Shown here: in pieces, positions 36,942 to 45,111 of the stretch | Position numbering within the stretch: the first letter of the stretch is position 1 | How the letters are laid out: every line of letters begins with the position of its first letter | Origin: an uncultured Steroidobacteraceae bacterium | Lineage (GTDB): Bacteria; Chloroflexota; Limnocylindria; QHBO01 | Length of the DNA stretch: 45,111 nt | Reading direction: 5' to 3' | NCBI GenBank assembly: GCA_964449915.1 | Contig: CAYVCE010000090.1 | Coordinates: 1 to 45,111, forward strand | The notes under the pieces: generated by a model | The model's input: the letters and a program-made list of their open reading frames with translations, nothing else | Databases searched by the model: none | Told to the model about the DNA's origin: nothing | Made by a program: the position numbers and the translations under genes

Positions 36942-38863
36942 TGGCTCGCAGCGAGCCTGGCCAAGTCCTCGTCATCGTGGCGCTGGCTCTCGTCGTGCTG
37001 CTCGGTGCATCGGCATTCGCGATCGACCTCGGGCGTCGCGCCGCGGAAGAGCGCTACCTCCAGAACGCGGCCGATGCTGGCGCCCTCGCGGCGTGCAACG
37101 CCATCGTCGACGGCGCGACCGATTCCACGGCGCTCCAGAAGGCGCGCGAAGTCGCCGGCATCAACCTGGCGAGCTCGCCGGCTGGCTCGGGCGCGTCCAT
37201 CGCCGCGGCCGGGACGGAGACCTTCGTGGCTGGATATGCGGGAAACCCGTACCAGATGACGAGCGGTGCGCTCCTGCAGGACGAAAGCGTGTTCGTGGCG
37301 ATCGATTCCAACATCGACACCACGATCGGTCGCATCCTCGGCCGCCAGACCCTCCCTGCGCTCGGCCGCGCCCGGTGCACGCTCGAGGCCGACCCCTTGC
37401 TCCCGTTCATCGTCCGGCGCTACCAGGACCCACCGGGTCCGGGCACGAACTTCGTGGACTTCATGGCCACGGAGGCGACCAGCGAGAGCTGGGCGGTCGA
37501 TCCGGTCGATCCACGCGGGTATGCCGGCCGCTTGCCGGCCAGCACGCTCAACCCCGGACCGGAGTTCGAGATGTACGGCCCGGGCACCCAGGCAACGAAC
37601 AACTCGTTCCGCGGGTTCATCGCGCTTGACGTCCGCGACTTCACCGACGACGGATCGCGCCAGTACTACAACGGCGCGACCGACACGATGAGCTCGAACA
37701 CGCTGAAGGCTCATCACGCGGCCTACATCACGAATCCGTACCCGCCCCCCGGCATCCCGGCAGTCTTAAGCCCGCCCACCGGCGCCACCCAGATCGGGAT
37801 CATGACCGGCGTGAGCGCCGCGCACTCGACCGGCCCGTTCGACGATGAGCACAACGAGGGCGATCGGCTCATGTTCGCCGTCTACAACGGCACGGTGATG
37901 ACGATCCCCGACTTCTCCATCCAGCCGCCGGTCGAGATCGCCCTGCCGGCGACGACGACCTCGCCCGTTGACGGGCCGACGTTCGAGGTGTCGAGGAACT
38001 CCGCGTTTTCGAGCAACGTGAGCCTTTCGCTTGTCGGAGACGCGGGTGCGGTCGCAACCGGCCATCCCGAGTACGACATCCTGCCCGCCACGCCGACGAC
38101 GCCCCCGGCCACCGGGCAGATGGATGAGCCGACCTTCTCTCCGAACGCATTCGTCCCGGCCGGAAACGGATCCGACGTCGACATGCTCGACATCTCGACG
38201 AACGCCATCCCGGAGGGCATCTACACCGTCTGGCTCGAGGGACAGGCCGACGCGATCTATTACCAGACGCGGCGCCAGCCGGTCCCGGTGCGGATCGGCG
38301 CCGTCCCGCGCCAGTTCAGCCTCGCCGGCTCCGTCCTCGACGGCGCGACGGAGACGCTGGGCGGGACGGTCACGCTGCCGCTCAGGGTCAAGACGGGAAC
38401 CGGCCCTTCGGCGTGGGACGACGGCACCGCCACGGCAACACCGGTCTCCCTTTCCTGGGACACCGGCTCACTGACCGACTGCAGCCACAACCCGACGCCC
38501 CTCGGCACCGGCAGCATCACGTTCAGCTCGCCCAGCGTGACGCCGTCGACAGGCACGGGCACGAGCGTGACCCTCACGATCCAGGCTGGCAGCCTCGCCT
38601 CCGGGTGCTACCTCTTCCCGCTTCGCGCGCAGGGCGTCAACGCCGACGGCGAGCCGGTCGTGCGGGTCGAGCACGTCCAATTCACGGTGGCCGCGGCGAC
38701 CGGCCCGAACGAGTACGTCGACGTCATCGGCTTCGCCGTTTTCGAGATCACCGACATCGACTCCAACAGCTTCCGCGGCCGGGCGATCACCGGCATCTAC
38801 GCGGACCCCAATGACCTGGCGCTGCGGACGGCGCAGCGACCCCGCCTCATCCCCTGGAACTGA
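36941..38863 (+). CDS. TadG-like N-terminal-domain protein with a large extracellular region (640 aa)
   Basis: The ATG overlaps the tadE-like stop (TGATG). MARSEPGQVLVIVALALVVLLGASAFAIDLGRRAAEERYLQNAADAGALAA is a TadG/Tad_N-type N-terminus. The remainder is Thr/Pro/Gly-rich and looks like beta-sandwich modules. Confidence 0.65.
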   Translation: MARSEPGQVLVIVALALVVLLGASAFAIDLGRRAAEERYLQNAADAGALAACNAIVDGATDSTALQKAREVAGINLASSPAGSGASIAAAGTETFVAGYAGNPYQMTSGALLQDESVFVAIDSNIDTTIGRILGRQTLPALGRARCTLEADPLLPFIVRRYQDPPGPGTNFVDFMATEATSESWAVDPVDPRGYAGRLPASTLNPGPEFEMYGPGTQATNNSFRGFIALDVRDFTDDGSRQYYNGATDTMSSNTLKAHHAAYITNPYPPPGIPAVLSPPTGATQIGIMTGVSAAHSTGPFDDEHNEGDRLMFAVYNGTVMTIPDFSIQPPVEIALPATTTSPVDGPTFEVSRNSAFSSNVSLSLVGDAGAVATGHPEYDILPATPTTPPATGQMDEPTFSPNAFVPAGNGSDVDMLDISTNAIPEGIYTVWLEGQADAIYYQTRRQPVPVRIGAVPRQFSLAGSVLDGATETLGGTVTLPLRVKTGTGPSAWDDGTATATPVSLSWDTGSLTDCSHNPTPLGTGSITFSSPSVTPSTGTGTSVTLTIQAGSLASGCYLFPLRAQGVNADGEPVVRVEHVQFTVAAATGPNEYVDVIGFAVFEITDIDSNSFRGRAITGIYADPNDLALRTAQRPRLIPWN

Positions 38864-38891
38864 TCATCCCGACAAGGAGCGCAAGCACACC

Positions 38892-39716
38892 GTGGAACTC
38901 GAGTACTCGAACAAGAACAACAGACGGTCAAAGGTGTACATCGGAGTCGGCGTCGTGGTGGCGCTGCTCGTGGCGGCCACGGTCTACATCGCCCTCCAGG
39001 CCAGCGGGCTCGCGGGCAGCGTGGAGGTCGAGATGCGCAGTGTCGTCGTGGCAGTGAACGACATCGCCTCGCGGCAGCCGATCACCGAAGCCGATGTCGC
39101 AACCCGTGAGGTTGCAGCCGACCCAACGAACGCGACCGCGTTCACGAGCGTCGACCAGGCGGTCGGGCGCGTCACGGGCGTCTCGATCGCCGCGGGCCAG
39201 CTCGTCGGCCCCAACCTGCTGGCATCGACCACCGAGGGCATGACCTTCTCGATCCTCGAGCCTGGCCAGGAGTTCGATCCAGCGGGGCCTGACCTGCGCG
39301 CGCTGAGCCTCACGGTGGGCTCGGCAAACGCCGTGGCGGGCACTCTCGTCCCCGGCCAGCGCGTCGACCTGCTCGTGACCATGCCGATCAATCCGCTGGC
39401 GGGGCAGGAGGGCCAGGCCGATCCCGCGGTGAACGCCGAGTTCCTCGCCGGCCCGTCGACGAAGGTCACGCTCCAGTCATTGACGATCCTTGCCCGTGAC
39501 GGGGACGTCTACATCCTGCGATCGGACCTCGCAACGGCCGAGAAGATCACCGAACTCACCGCTGCCGGCGGCACCTTCACCATGGTCCTGCGTCCGGAGC
39601 AGGACGACCGAACTGCCGAGACGGAGGGCTCGACGATCGACCGGCTCGTCGAGGAGTACGGGTTCCCGGTGCCGCGGCTGCCCGACTTCGAGGAGCTCCA
39701 GTCCGCAGGGAACTAG
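38892..39716 (+). CDS. cpaB: Flp pilus assembly protein CpaB/RcpC family (SAF domain)
   Basis: GTG at 38892, 12 nt after AAGGAG. TM helix VYIGVGVVVALLVAATVYIAL, then a SAF-like segment VVVAVNDIASRQPITEADVATREV...GRVTGVSIAAGQLV. The ORF can extend to an ATG at 38811. Confidence 0.75.
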   Translation: MELEYSNKNNRRSKVYIGVGVVVALLVAATVYIALQASGLAGSVEVEMRSVVVAVNDIASRQPITEADVATREVAADPTNATAFTSVDQAVGRVTGVSIAAGQLVGPNLLASTTEGMTFSILEPGQEFDPAGPDLRALSLTVGSANAVAGTLVPGQRVDLLVTMPINPLAGQEGQADPAVNAEFLAGPSTKVTLQSLTILARDGDVYILRSDLATAEKITELTAAGGTFTMVLRPEQDDRTAETEGSTIDRLVEEYGFPVPRLPDFEELQSAGN

Positions 39717-40285
39717 CCAGTTCGGAGCGTCGCCAGGGCCGCCTCCACCTGGCGACGCGTCTCGTCGATCGGCGCGGACCCGTCGATCACCACGTCCGCC
39801 GCGGAGACCTTCTCGTCCTGCGAAGACTGGTTCGCCAGCCGGCGGCGTGCCGCCGCCTCGTCCATGCCGCGCGATGCCGCCAGGCGGCGAATGGCGTCGC
39901 CCTCGTCGCAGCGCACGACCCAGATCGCGTCGAACGCGTCGGCGAGCGGCGACTCGAACAGCTTGATGGCCTCCACCACGGCCGTCGCGACCCCGGCCTC
40001 CGCCAGCTCGGCCAGGCGCGCGCGAACCGCGCCGCGCACCCGCGGGTGGAGGATGCTCTCGAGATCGCGCAGGGCGCCGGCATCGCTGAACACGATGCGG
40101 GCCAGCTCGTCGGCATCGTAGGTCCCGAAGCGATCCAGGATCTCGGTGCGCGCCTCGGCATCGTTGTGTCGCACCCGGCGCGCGACCTCGTCGGCGTCGA
40201 TGGTGGCCACCCCGCGGTCGCGGAGCATGCCCGCCACCGTGCTCTTCCCGCAGCCGATGTTGCCGGTCAGGCCGATCACCCTCAT
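39713..40285 (-). CDS. coaE: dephospho-CoA kinase
   Basis: Internal ATG at 40285: MRVIGLTGNIGCGKSTVAGML. ATGA overlap with the mutM stop. Confidence 0.9.
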   Translation of the reverse strand: MRVIGLTGNIGCGKSTVAGMLRDRGVATIDADEVARRVRHNDAEARTEILDRFGTYDADELARIVFSDAGALRDLESILHPRVRGAVRARLAELAEAGVATAVVEAIKLFESPLADAFDAIWVVRCDEGDAIRRLAASRGMDEAAARRRLANQSSQDEKVSAADVVIDGSAPIDETRRQVEAALATLRTG

Positions 40286-41196
40286 GCCGCGTCCGATCCT
40301 ACCGGCGCGGGCTGGCAGCGAGGGCAGAAGTGCGTGCTGCGCTGGCCGACGACGATGCGCTTGATCGGCCGGCCGCAGCGGTAGCACGGCTGGTCGGTGC
40401 GGCGGTAGACCGCCAGGCGCTCCGCGTTCGCGCCCGGCTCGCCGTCGGCGCTCACGTAGTCGCTGAAGCTGGCGCCCCGGTTGGCGATGCCCTCGCGCAG
40501 CACCTGGCGCACGGCCCGGTGAAGTCGGCGCACGTCGCGGTCGGCGAGCGTGTCGGCGGCACGGAGCGGGTGGAGCCGCGCCCGCCACAGCGCCTCGTCG
40601 GCGTAGATGTTGCCGACCCCGGCGATGAAGCCCTGGTCGAGCAGGAGCGACTTCAGCTTCGCGGACCGCCGGGACAACCGCTCGGCGAATCGACGGACCG
40701 TGAAGCTGCGCTGCAGAGGTTCCGGCCCGTGCCCGCTGAACACCTCGCCGATGCGGTATCCCCGGCCGCCCTCGGCGACCCGTCTCGAGCGTGTGCCCCG
40801 CCCGGCGCCGACGCTGCGCAGCCCACCACCCGGCCACAGCCCGATGCGCCCGAACTTGCGCACGTCGCGGTAGCGCAGCTCACGGCCGTCGGCGAGGAGG
40901 AACACGACTCGCGCGTACGGATCGTCCGGCATCCCTGGCTGCGTCACGATGAGCGCGCCGGTCATGCGCAGCGCGACGGTCATGACCCGCCCGTCATCCA
41001 GGTGGAGCAGCACGGACTTCGCGCGTCGCGACACCCGGCGGATTGTCGCGCCGGCGACCTCGGCCGCGAACCGCTCGCCCGGCTGGGGATGACGGACCGT
41101 GCGCTCCCAGTGGACGACGGCATCGGCGATCGTGGCGCCCGCCACCCAGCGCTGCAGGTCGCGGGCGACGGTCTCGACTTCGGGTAGCTCCGGCAT
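40282..41196 (-). CDS. mutM: formamidopyrimidine-DNA glycosylase
   Basis: Internal ATG at 41196: MPELPEVETVARDL. H2TH segment LLDQGFIAGVGNIYADEALW. C-terminal zinc finger CYRCGRPI...HFCPRCQ. There is a Gly/Arg-rich insertion before GPEPL. Confidence 0.92.
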   Translation of the reverse strand: MPELPEVETVARDLQRWVAGATIADAVVHWERTVRHPQPGERFAAEVAGATIRRVSRRAKSVLLHLDDGRVMTVALRMTGALIVTQPGMPDDPYARVVFLLADGRELRYRDVRKFGRIGLWPGGGLRSVGAGRGTRSRRVAEGGRGYRIGEVFSGHGPEPLQRSFTVRRFAERLSRRSAKLKSLLLDQGFIAGVGNIYADEALWRARLHPLRAADTLADRDVRRLHRAVRQVLREGIANRGASFSDYVSADGEPGANAERLAVYRRTDQPCYRCGRPIKRIVVGQRSTHFCPRCQPAPVGSDAA

Positions 41197-41233
41197 GGTC
41201 GAAAGTGTGGCGGATCGAGCGACGGTTGGGGCG

Positions 41234-44125
41234 CTACCCGACGAGCTCGGCCGCGACCTCTTCCTCGGCTTCCAGGCGCGCCACTTCGCCGGCCGACTTC
41301 GGGACGCGCCGCCATCCGCCATCGGCATCCGGCTGGTAACGGTCCATCTGCTCCCAGTTGCGGCCGACCTTGAGGTCGACGTCGAGCGGGATGTCGAGCG
41401 GCAGCGCCGTCTCCATGATCTGCTTGGCCAGCGCCGCGAGGGCAGGCAGCTCGTCCTCGTCGGTTTCGAAGACGAGCTCGTCGTGGACCTGCAGCAGCAT
41501 CCGTGACCGCAGCCCGCGCTCGCGGATGGCGTCGTCGAGGCGGACCATGGCGATCTTCATGCCGTCGGCGGCGGTGCCCTGGATGGGCATGTTGATCGCC
41601 ATCCGCTCGCCGGCCGACCGCAGCGCGCCGTTGCGTGCCGTGAGCTCCGGCAGGTAACGGCGGCGTCCAAGGAGGGTCGTCACGAATCCCTGGTCGCGGG
41701 CCAGGATCTTCATCTCCACCGTGTAGCGCCGGATCCCCTCGTATGCGGCGAAGTAGTCGGCGATGAACTTCTGGGCCTCCTCGCGCGGGATCTTGAGCCG
41801 ATCGGCGAGGCCGAAATCGGAGAGCCCGTATGCGATCCCGTAGTTGATCATCTTCGCCACGCTGCGCTCCTTCGGGCCGACCTCGTCGGGTGCCAGGCCG
41901 AGCACGCGTGCGGCAGCGGCGAGGTGGATGTCGGAGTGCGCGGCGAAGTCCGCTTTCAGTCCCGCGTCGCCCGAGACGTGGGCCAGGATGCGGAGCTCCT
42001 GCTGCGAGTAGTCGGCGCCGAGCAGGAGCCGGCCGGCGGGTGCGACGAAGGCCCGACGGATGCGCCGCCCCAGCGAGGTTCGGATCGGGATGTTCTGGAG
42101 GTTCGGATCGGTGCTCGACAGCCGGCCGGTGGCGGCCACCGCCTGCTGGTAGGTGGTGTGCAGGCGGGCCTGATCGTCGACAAGGCTGGGCAGCGCGTCG
42201 ACATAGGTCGACTTCAGCTTCGCCACCTGCCGATGCTCGAGGATGAGGCCGATGACCTCGTGCCTGTCGCGCAGCTCCTCCAGCACCGATGCGTCCGTCG
42301 AGCGACTGGTGCGCGTCCGTTTCGTCGACGGCAGCTCCAGCTCGTCGAACAGGATCGTCTCCAGCTGCCGCGGTGAGCCGATGTTGAACTCATGGCCGAC
42401 CAGCGCGAAGATGCGCGCCTCGAGCCCGGCGAGCGTCGCGCCGAACTCCATGCTCATGCCGGCCAGCGCCTCGAGGTCGATCGCAACACCGGCCTTCTCC
42501 ATGCGCGCCAGGACCGGCAGGAGCGGCATCTCGACCTCGTCGAAGAGGTGCGCCAGCCCGCCGTCGGTCAGCTGCTGGCGCAGGATCGGCTGGACGAGAA
42601 GCGCGGTGAGCGCCTCCGCGGCCGCGCGCCGGGCAGCGCCCAGCTCCTCCGCACCGGTCTCCGGGTTCCCCGGCTTCGGCGGCAGCTCGACGCCGAAGTG
42701 CTGGGCGGCGAGGTCGTCGACCGTCTGCGAGCGCAGCGCCGGGTTCACCATGTAGCCCGCCACGAGGGTGTCGACGAACGAGCCGCGCAGCTCGAGGTCG
42801 CGGTCGGCCCACAGGGTCGTCACCAGCTGCTTGAGGTCATGGCCGATGCGCACGCGGTCGGGCCGCACGAACTCGGCCGGCAGGCGCTGCACGGCGTCCC
42901 CGCTCGGGTCGCAGCTGACGTACCAGGCGCTCCCGTCGCCGGCCGCGAACGCCATCCCGAACAGGTGTCGCTCGAGCGGCCGGCCGGTCCCCACCGACCA
43001 CCCCAGGCCGATGTCGTCGCCGTGCCCCGCGAACCACGCGGACAGCTCGTCGAGGTCGGCCGCCGAGCGCACGATGCGCGGGTCGACGTGTTCGATGGCT
43101 CCCCCCGGATCGGCGAGCGGGTCGGGCCGCGCGCGGGGCGCGCCACCGGCTGCGTCGGCCTCGGTGGCCGGCCGGCCACCGAGCAGGTCGAGGCTGAGCT
43201 GGAGCCCGCCCTTCGTCTCGCTCTCCGGGCTGTCGTAGCCGGTCGGCGCGATGCTCGACGCCGGCAGGCGGTCGATGAGGGAGCGGAACTCGAGCTCGCG
43301 GAATCGCTGCGCCACGGCGCGGCGGTCGTATCGGCCCGTGCGCGCCTCCTCGAGGCCGAGCTCGACCGGCAGGTCGGTGACGATGCGGCCGATCTCGCGC
43401 GACATGAACGCGGACTCGCGATGCTCGGCGAGCCGGTCGCGCATCTTGCCCTTGACCTCGTCGAGGTGCTCGTAGATCCCGTCGAGCGTGCCGAACTGCT
43501 GGAGCAGGCTGCTGGCCGTCTTCTCCCCCACCCCCGGCACCCCTGGGATGTTGTCCGACGTGTCGCCCTTGAGCGCCTTGTAGTCGAGCATCTGGTCCGG
43601 GCGCAGCCCGTATCGGTCCATCACCCGCGCCTCGTCGTAGATGACGGTGGCGGCGACGCCCATGCGCGTAGTGAGCAGCCGCACATGGTCGTCCACGAGC
43701 TGCAACCCGTCGAGGTCCCCCGAGACGATCATGGTGTCGACGCCCTGCGCGGTCGCCTTCTTGGTGAGCGTGCCGATGACGTCGTCGGCCTCGTACCCCT
43801 CCAGCTCGCGCACCGGCATGCCCATCATGGCGGTGATCTCGCGCACGATCGGGAACTGAGCGCGAAGGTCGTCCGGCATCGACGGCCGGCCCTTCTTGTA
43901 GTCGGGGAAGGCGTCGAAGCGGAACTGCGGCTTGCCGACGTCGAAGCTGACGATCGCGAAGTCGGGCTTCACGTCCTGCATGCCGCGCAGCACGATCTGG
44001 AGGAACCCGAAGACGGCGTTGACGAGCGTCCCGTCAGACATCGTCAGCGGCGGGAGCGCGAAGTACCCGCGGTACACGAGGCTCGGACCGTCGATGAGCA
44101 TGAGGAGAGGTCGGCGCTCGTTCAT
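41234..44125 (-). CDS. polA: DNA polymerase I
   Basis: 5'-nuclease N-terminus LLMLIDGPSLVYRGYFAL. Polymerase motifs LLGADYSQQELRILAH, RSVAKMINYGIAYG and LQVHDELVFE. Confidence 0.97.
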   Translation of the reverse strand: MNERRPLLMLIDGPSLVYRGYFALPPLTMSDGTLVNAVFGFLQIVLRGMQDVKPDFAIVSFDVGKPQFRFDAFPDYKKGRPSMPDDLRAQFPIVREITAMMGMPVRELEGYEADDVIGTLTKKATAQGVDTMIVSGDLDGLQLVDDHVRLLTTRMGVAATVIYDEARVMDRYGLRPDQMLDYKALKGDTSDNIPGVPGVGEKTASSLLQQFGTLDGIYEHLDEVKGKMRDRLAEHRESAFMSREIGRIVTDLPVELGLEEARTGRYDRRAVAQRFRELEFRSLIDRLPASSIAPTGYDSPESETKGGLQLSLDLLGGRPATEADAAGGAPRARPDPLADPGGAIEHVDPRIVRSAADLDELSAWFAGHGDDIGLGWSVGTGRPLERHLFGMAFAAGDGSAWYVSCDPSGDAVQRLPAEFVRPDRVRIGHDLKQLVTTLWADRDLELRGSFVDTLVAGYMVNPALRSQTVDDLAAQHFGVELPPKPGNPETGAEELGAARRAAAEALTALLVQPILRQQLTDGGLAHLFDEVEMPLLPVLARMEKAGVAIDLEALAGMSMEFGATLAGLEARIFALVGHEFNIGSPRQLETILFDELELPSTKRTRTSRSTDASVLEELRDRHEVIGLILEHRQVAKLKSTYVDALPSLVDDQARLHTTYQQAVAATGRLSSTDPNLQNIPIRTSLGRRIRRAFVAPAGRLLLGADYSQQELRILAHVSGDAGLKADFAAHSDIHLAAAARVLGLAPDEVGPKERSVAKMINYGIAYGLSDFGLADRLKIPREEAQKFIADYFAAYEGIRRYTVEMKILARDQGFVTTLLGRRRYLPELTARNGALRSAGERMAINMPIQGTAADGMKIAMVRLDDAIRERGLRSRMLLQVHDELVFETDEDELPALAALAKQIMETALPLDIPLDVDLKVGRNWEQMDRYQPDADGGWRRVPKSAGEVARLEAEEEVAAELVG

Positions 44126-44168
44126 GGGTGGGCTCCAGTCTAGACCGATGCCGCCCCCGCGACCGCCG

Positions 44169-44174
44169 TAGAAT
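44169..44174 (+). promoter_or_regulatory. candidate -10 box (TAGAAT), 7 nt upstream of the J-domain ATG; leaderless-type
   Basis: ccgTAGAATcggggccATGG. No Shine-Dalgarno sequence. Lies in the 56-bp divergent gap shared with polA. Confidence 0.35.
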
Positions 44175-44181
44175 CGGGGCC

Positions 44182-44700
44182 ATGGTCGGCCGAACGCTCG
44201 ATCCCTATGCGGTCCTCGGCGTCCCCCGTGACGCGACGCCGCTCCAGGTCGCCCGCGCCCATCGCCGCCTCGCCAAGCGGCATCACCCCGACCTCCACGA
44301 GGGCGCCGACGACGCGGCCGACCGGATGCGCCGCATCAACGAGGCATGGTGGGTCCTCTCCAGCCCGGCGCGCCGCGCCGACTACGACCAGGCCCACCCC
44401 GAGGTCCGCCGACCGCCGGGCACGCATTGGGGCCCGACACGTTCCCCGATCCAGCCCTCGGCCCCATCGTCGACCCGCACGTGGGCCACCTGGCGCGCCA
44501 CCGCCGCCGAGACGCGCGCCGCCCCGCGAACGGTCCGTCAGCCGGGAGAGGCCGCGCCGATCCCCCGCACGCGCCGGCCGCCGCGCCCCGAGCCGATGCC
44601 TGCGACGTTCCGCGACTCAGGCTGGGCGGCTGTACTGGCCGCAGCGCTCTTCCTGGTCATCCTGGTAGGCGCCATCGTGGTGGGTCGCCTGACCCTCTGA
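44182..44700 (+). CDS. J-domain (DnaJ-like) protein with a C-terminal transmembrane anchor
   Basis: DPYAVLGVPRDATPLQVARAHRRLAKRHHPDL (HPD motif), a Pro/Arg-rich linker, and a C-terminal TM helix GWAAVLAAALFLVILVGAIVVG. The ORF can extend to 44128. Confidence 0.8.
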   Translation: MVGRTLDPYAVLGVPRDATPLQVARAHRRLAKRHHPDLHEGADDAADRMRRINEAWWVLSSPARRADYDQAHPEVRRPPGTHWGPTRSPIQPSAPSSTRTWATWRATAAETRAAPRTVRQPGEAAPIPRTRRPPRPEPMPATFRDSGWAAVLAAALFLVILVGAIVVGRLTL

Positions 44701-44771
44701 CCCTCGCCCGCGGCCGCGAACCGTCCGAATTCCCGTGCGGAGTGCGTTGTGCGGGGCGGTTTGGAGCGACG

Positions 44772-45111
44772 TCAGCCGGCGCGCGGCGCCAGGATCCAGC
44801 GCAGGACGAGCGCGCCCATCATGAGCGCCACGCCGGCGAAGAGGACCATTGGCCATGGCGAGCGCTCGGCGGCGAGCGTCGTGGGCACGGCCGCCGCACC
44901 GCCGTCGTCGGAGGTTCGATCGGGCGCCTCGTAGGCGACCCTCGGCGACGCCGTCGCCGCGCTGAGCTGGCCGTTGTCGCCGAGGGGCTCGGCTGCGGAG
45001 CGCAGGGTCTCTGCCGCGGCGGGTGCACCACCGGCGGCGGGGGCCGATGCCGCGGCGTCGGCTGCCTCCTCCTGGACGGTGGCAGCCCCGTCGGTGCCGC
45101 CGCCCTGGCCG
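44772..45111 (-). CDS. hypothetical protein, partial (N-terminus beyond the window), Ala/Gly-rich with a C-terminal TM anchor
   Basis: Not in the ORF track. My translation gives ...TLRSAAEPLGDNGQLSAATASPRVAYEAPDRTSDDGGAAAVPTTLAAERSPWPMVLFAGVALMMGALVLRWILAPRAG*. Third codon positions are G/C-rich. Confidence 0.4.
   Translation of the reverse strand, partial: GQGGGTDGAATVQEEAADAAASAPAAGGAPAAAETLRSAAEPLGDNGQLSAATASPRVAYEAPDRTSDDGGAAAVPTTLAAERSPWPMVLFAGVALMMGALVLRWILAPRAG

Overview
Very GC-rich bacterial chromosomal segment. Third codon positions are almost all G/C, and every real gene casts long Arg/Ala/Pro-rich shadow ORFs on other frames. All calls come from reading the translations and the DNA by eye; no database search was run.

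I resolve about 40 protein-coding genes. I see no rRNA, tRNA, CRISPR array, transposase or integrase.

Most of the window is housekeeping. The synteny resembles Actinobacteria and other monoderm lineages: uvrC-rapZ-yvcK-whiA, polA-coaE-uvrB-uvrA, an LCP ligase and WhiA.

- Minus strand, 1..16005: a long co-directional run of gpmI (partial), tpiA, whiA, yvcK, rapZ, an HDAC-family deacetylase, tatC, tatA, pyrF, recJ, secF, secD, uvrC, a NUDIX hydrolase and an LCP protein. Many junctions are 4-nt ATGA/GTGA stop/start overlaps.
- 16034..21055: a membrane-anchored alpha-2-macroglobulin-family protein of about 1700 aa with no thioester motif.
- Next: a compact UvrD-like helicase, a small signal-peptide ORF with three 14-aa tandem repeats, and uvrA with a LexA-type box.
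- Next: a LacI regulator, an 85-aa ORF and a GH1 beta-glucosidase. Two CebR/CelR-like palindromes sit in the divergent region facing an ABC-2 transporter (ATPase plus two permeases).
- 32055..32318: an intergenic array of hairpin repeats.
- Next: uvrB with three tightly coupled downstream genes (unknown protein, UDG-superfamily protein, membrane protein).
- Next: an isolated TadE / TadG-like / CpaB trio, then coaE, mutM, polA, a membrane J-domain protein and a partial C-terminally anchored ORF.

I found no clear novel multi-gene system. The best candidates for follow-up are the hairpin-repeat array, the A2M-LCP pairing, the orphan Tad-like trio inserted between uvrB and coaE, and the repeat peptide.
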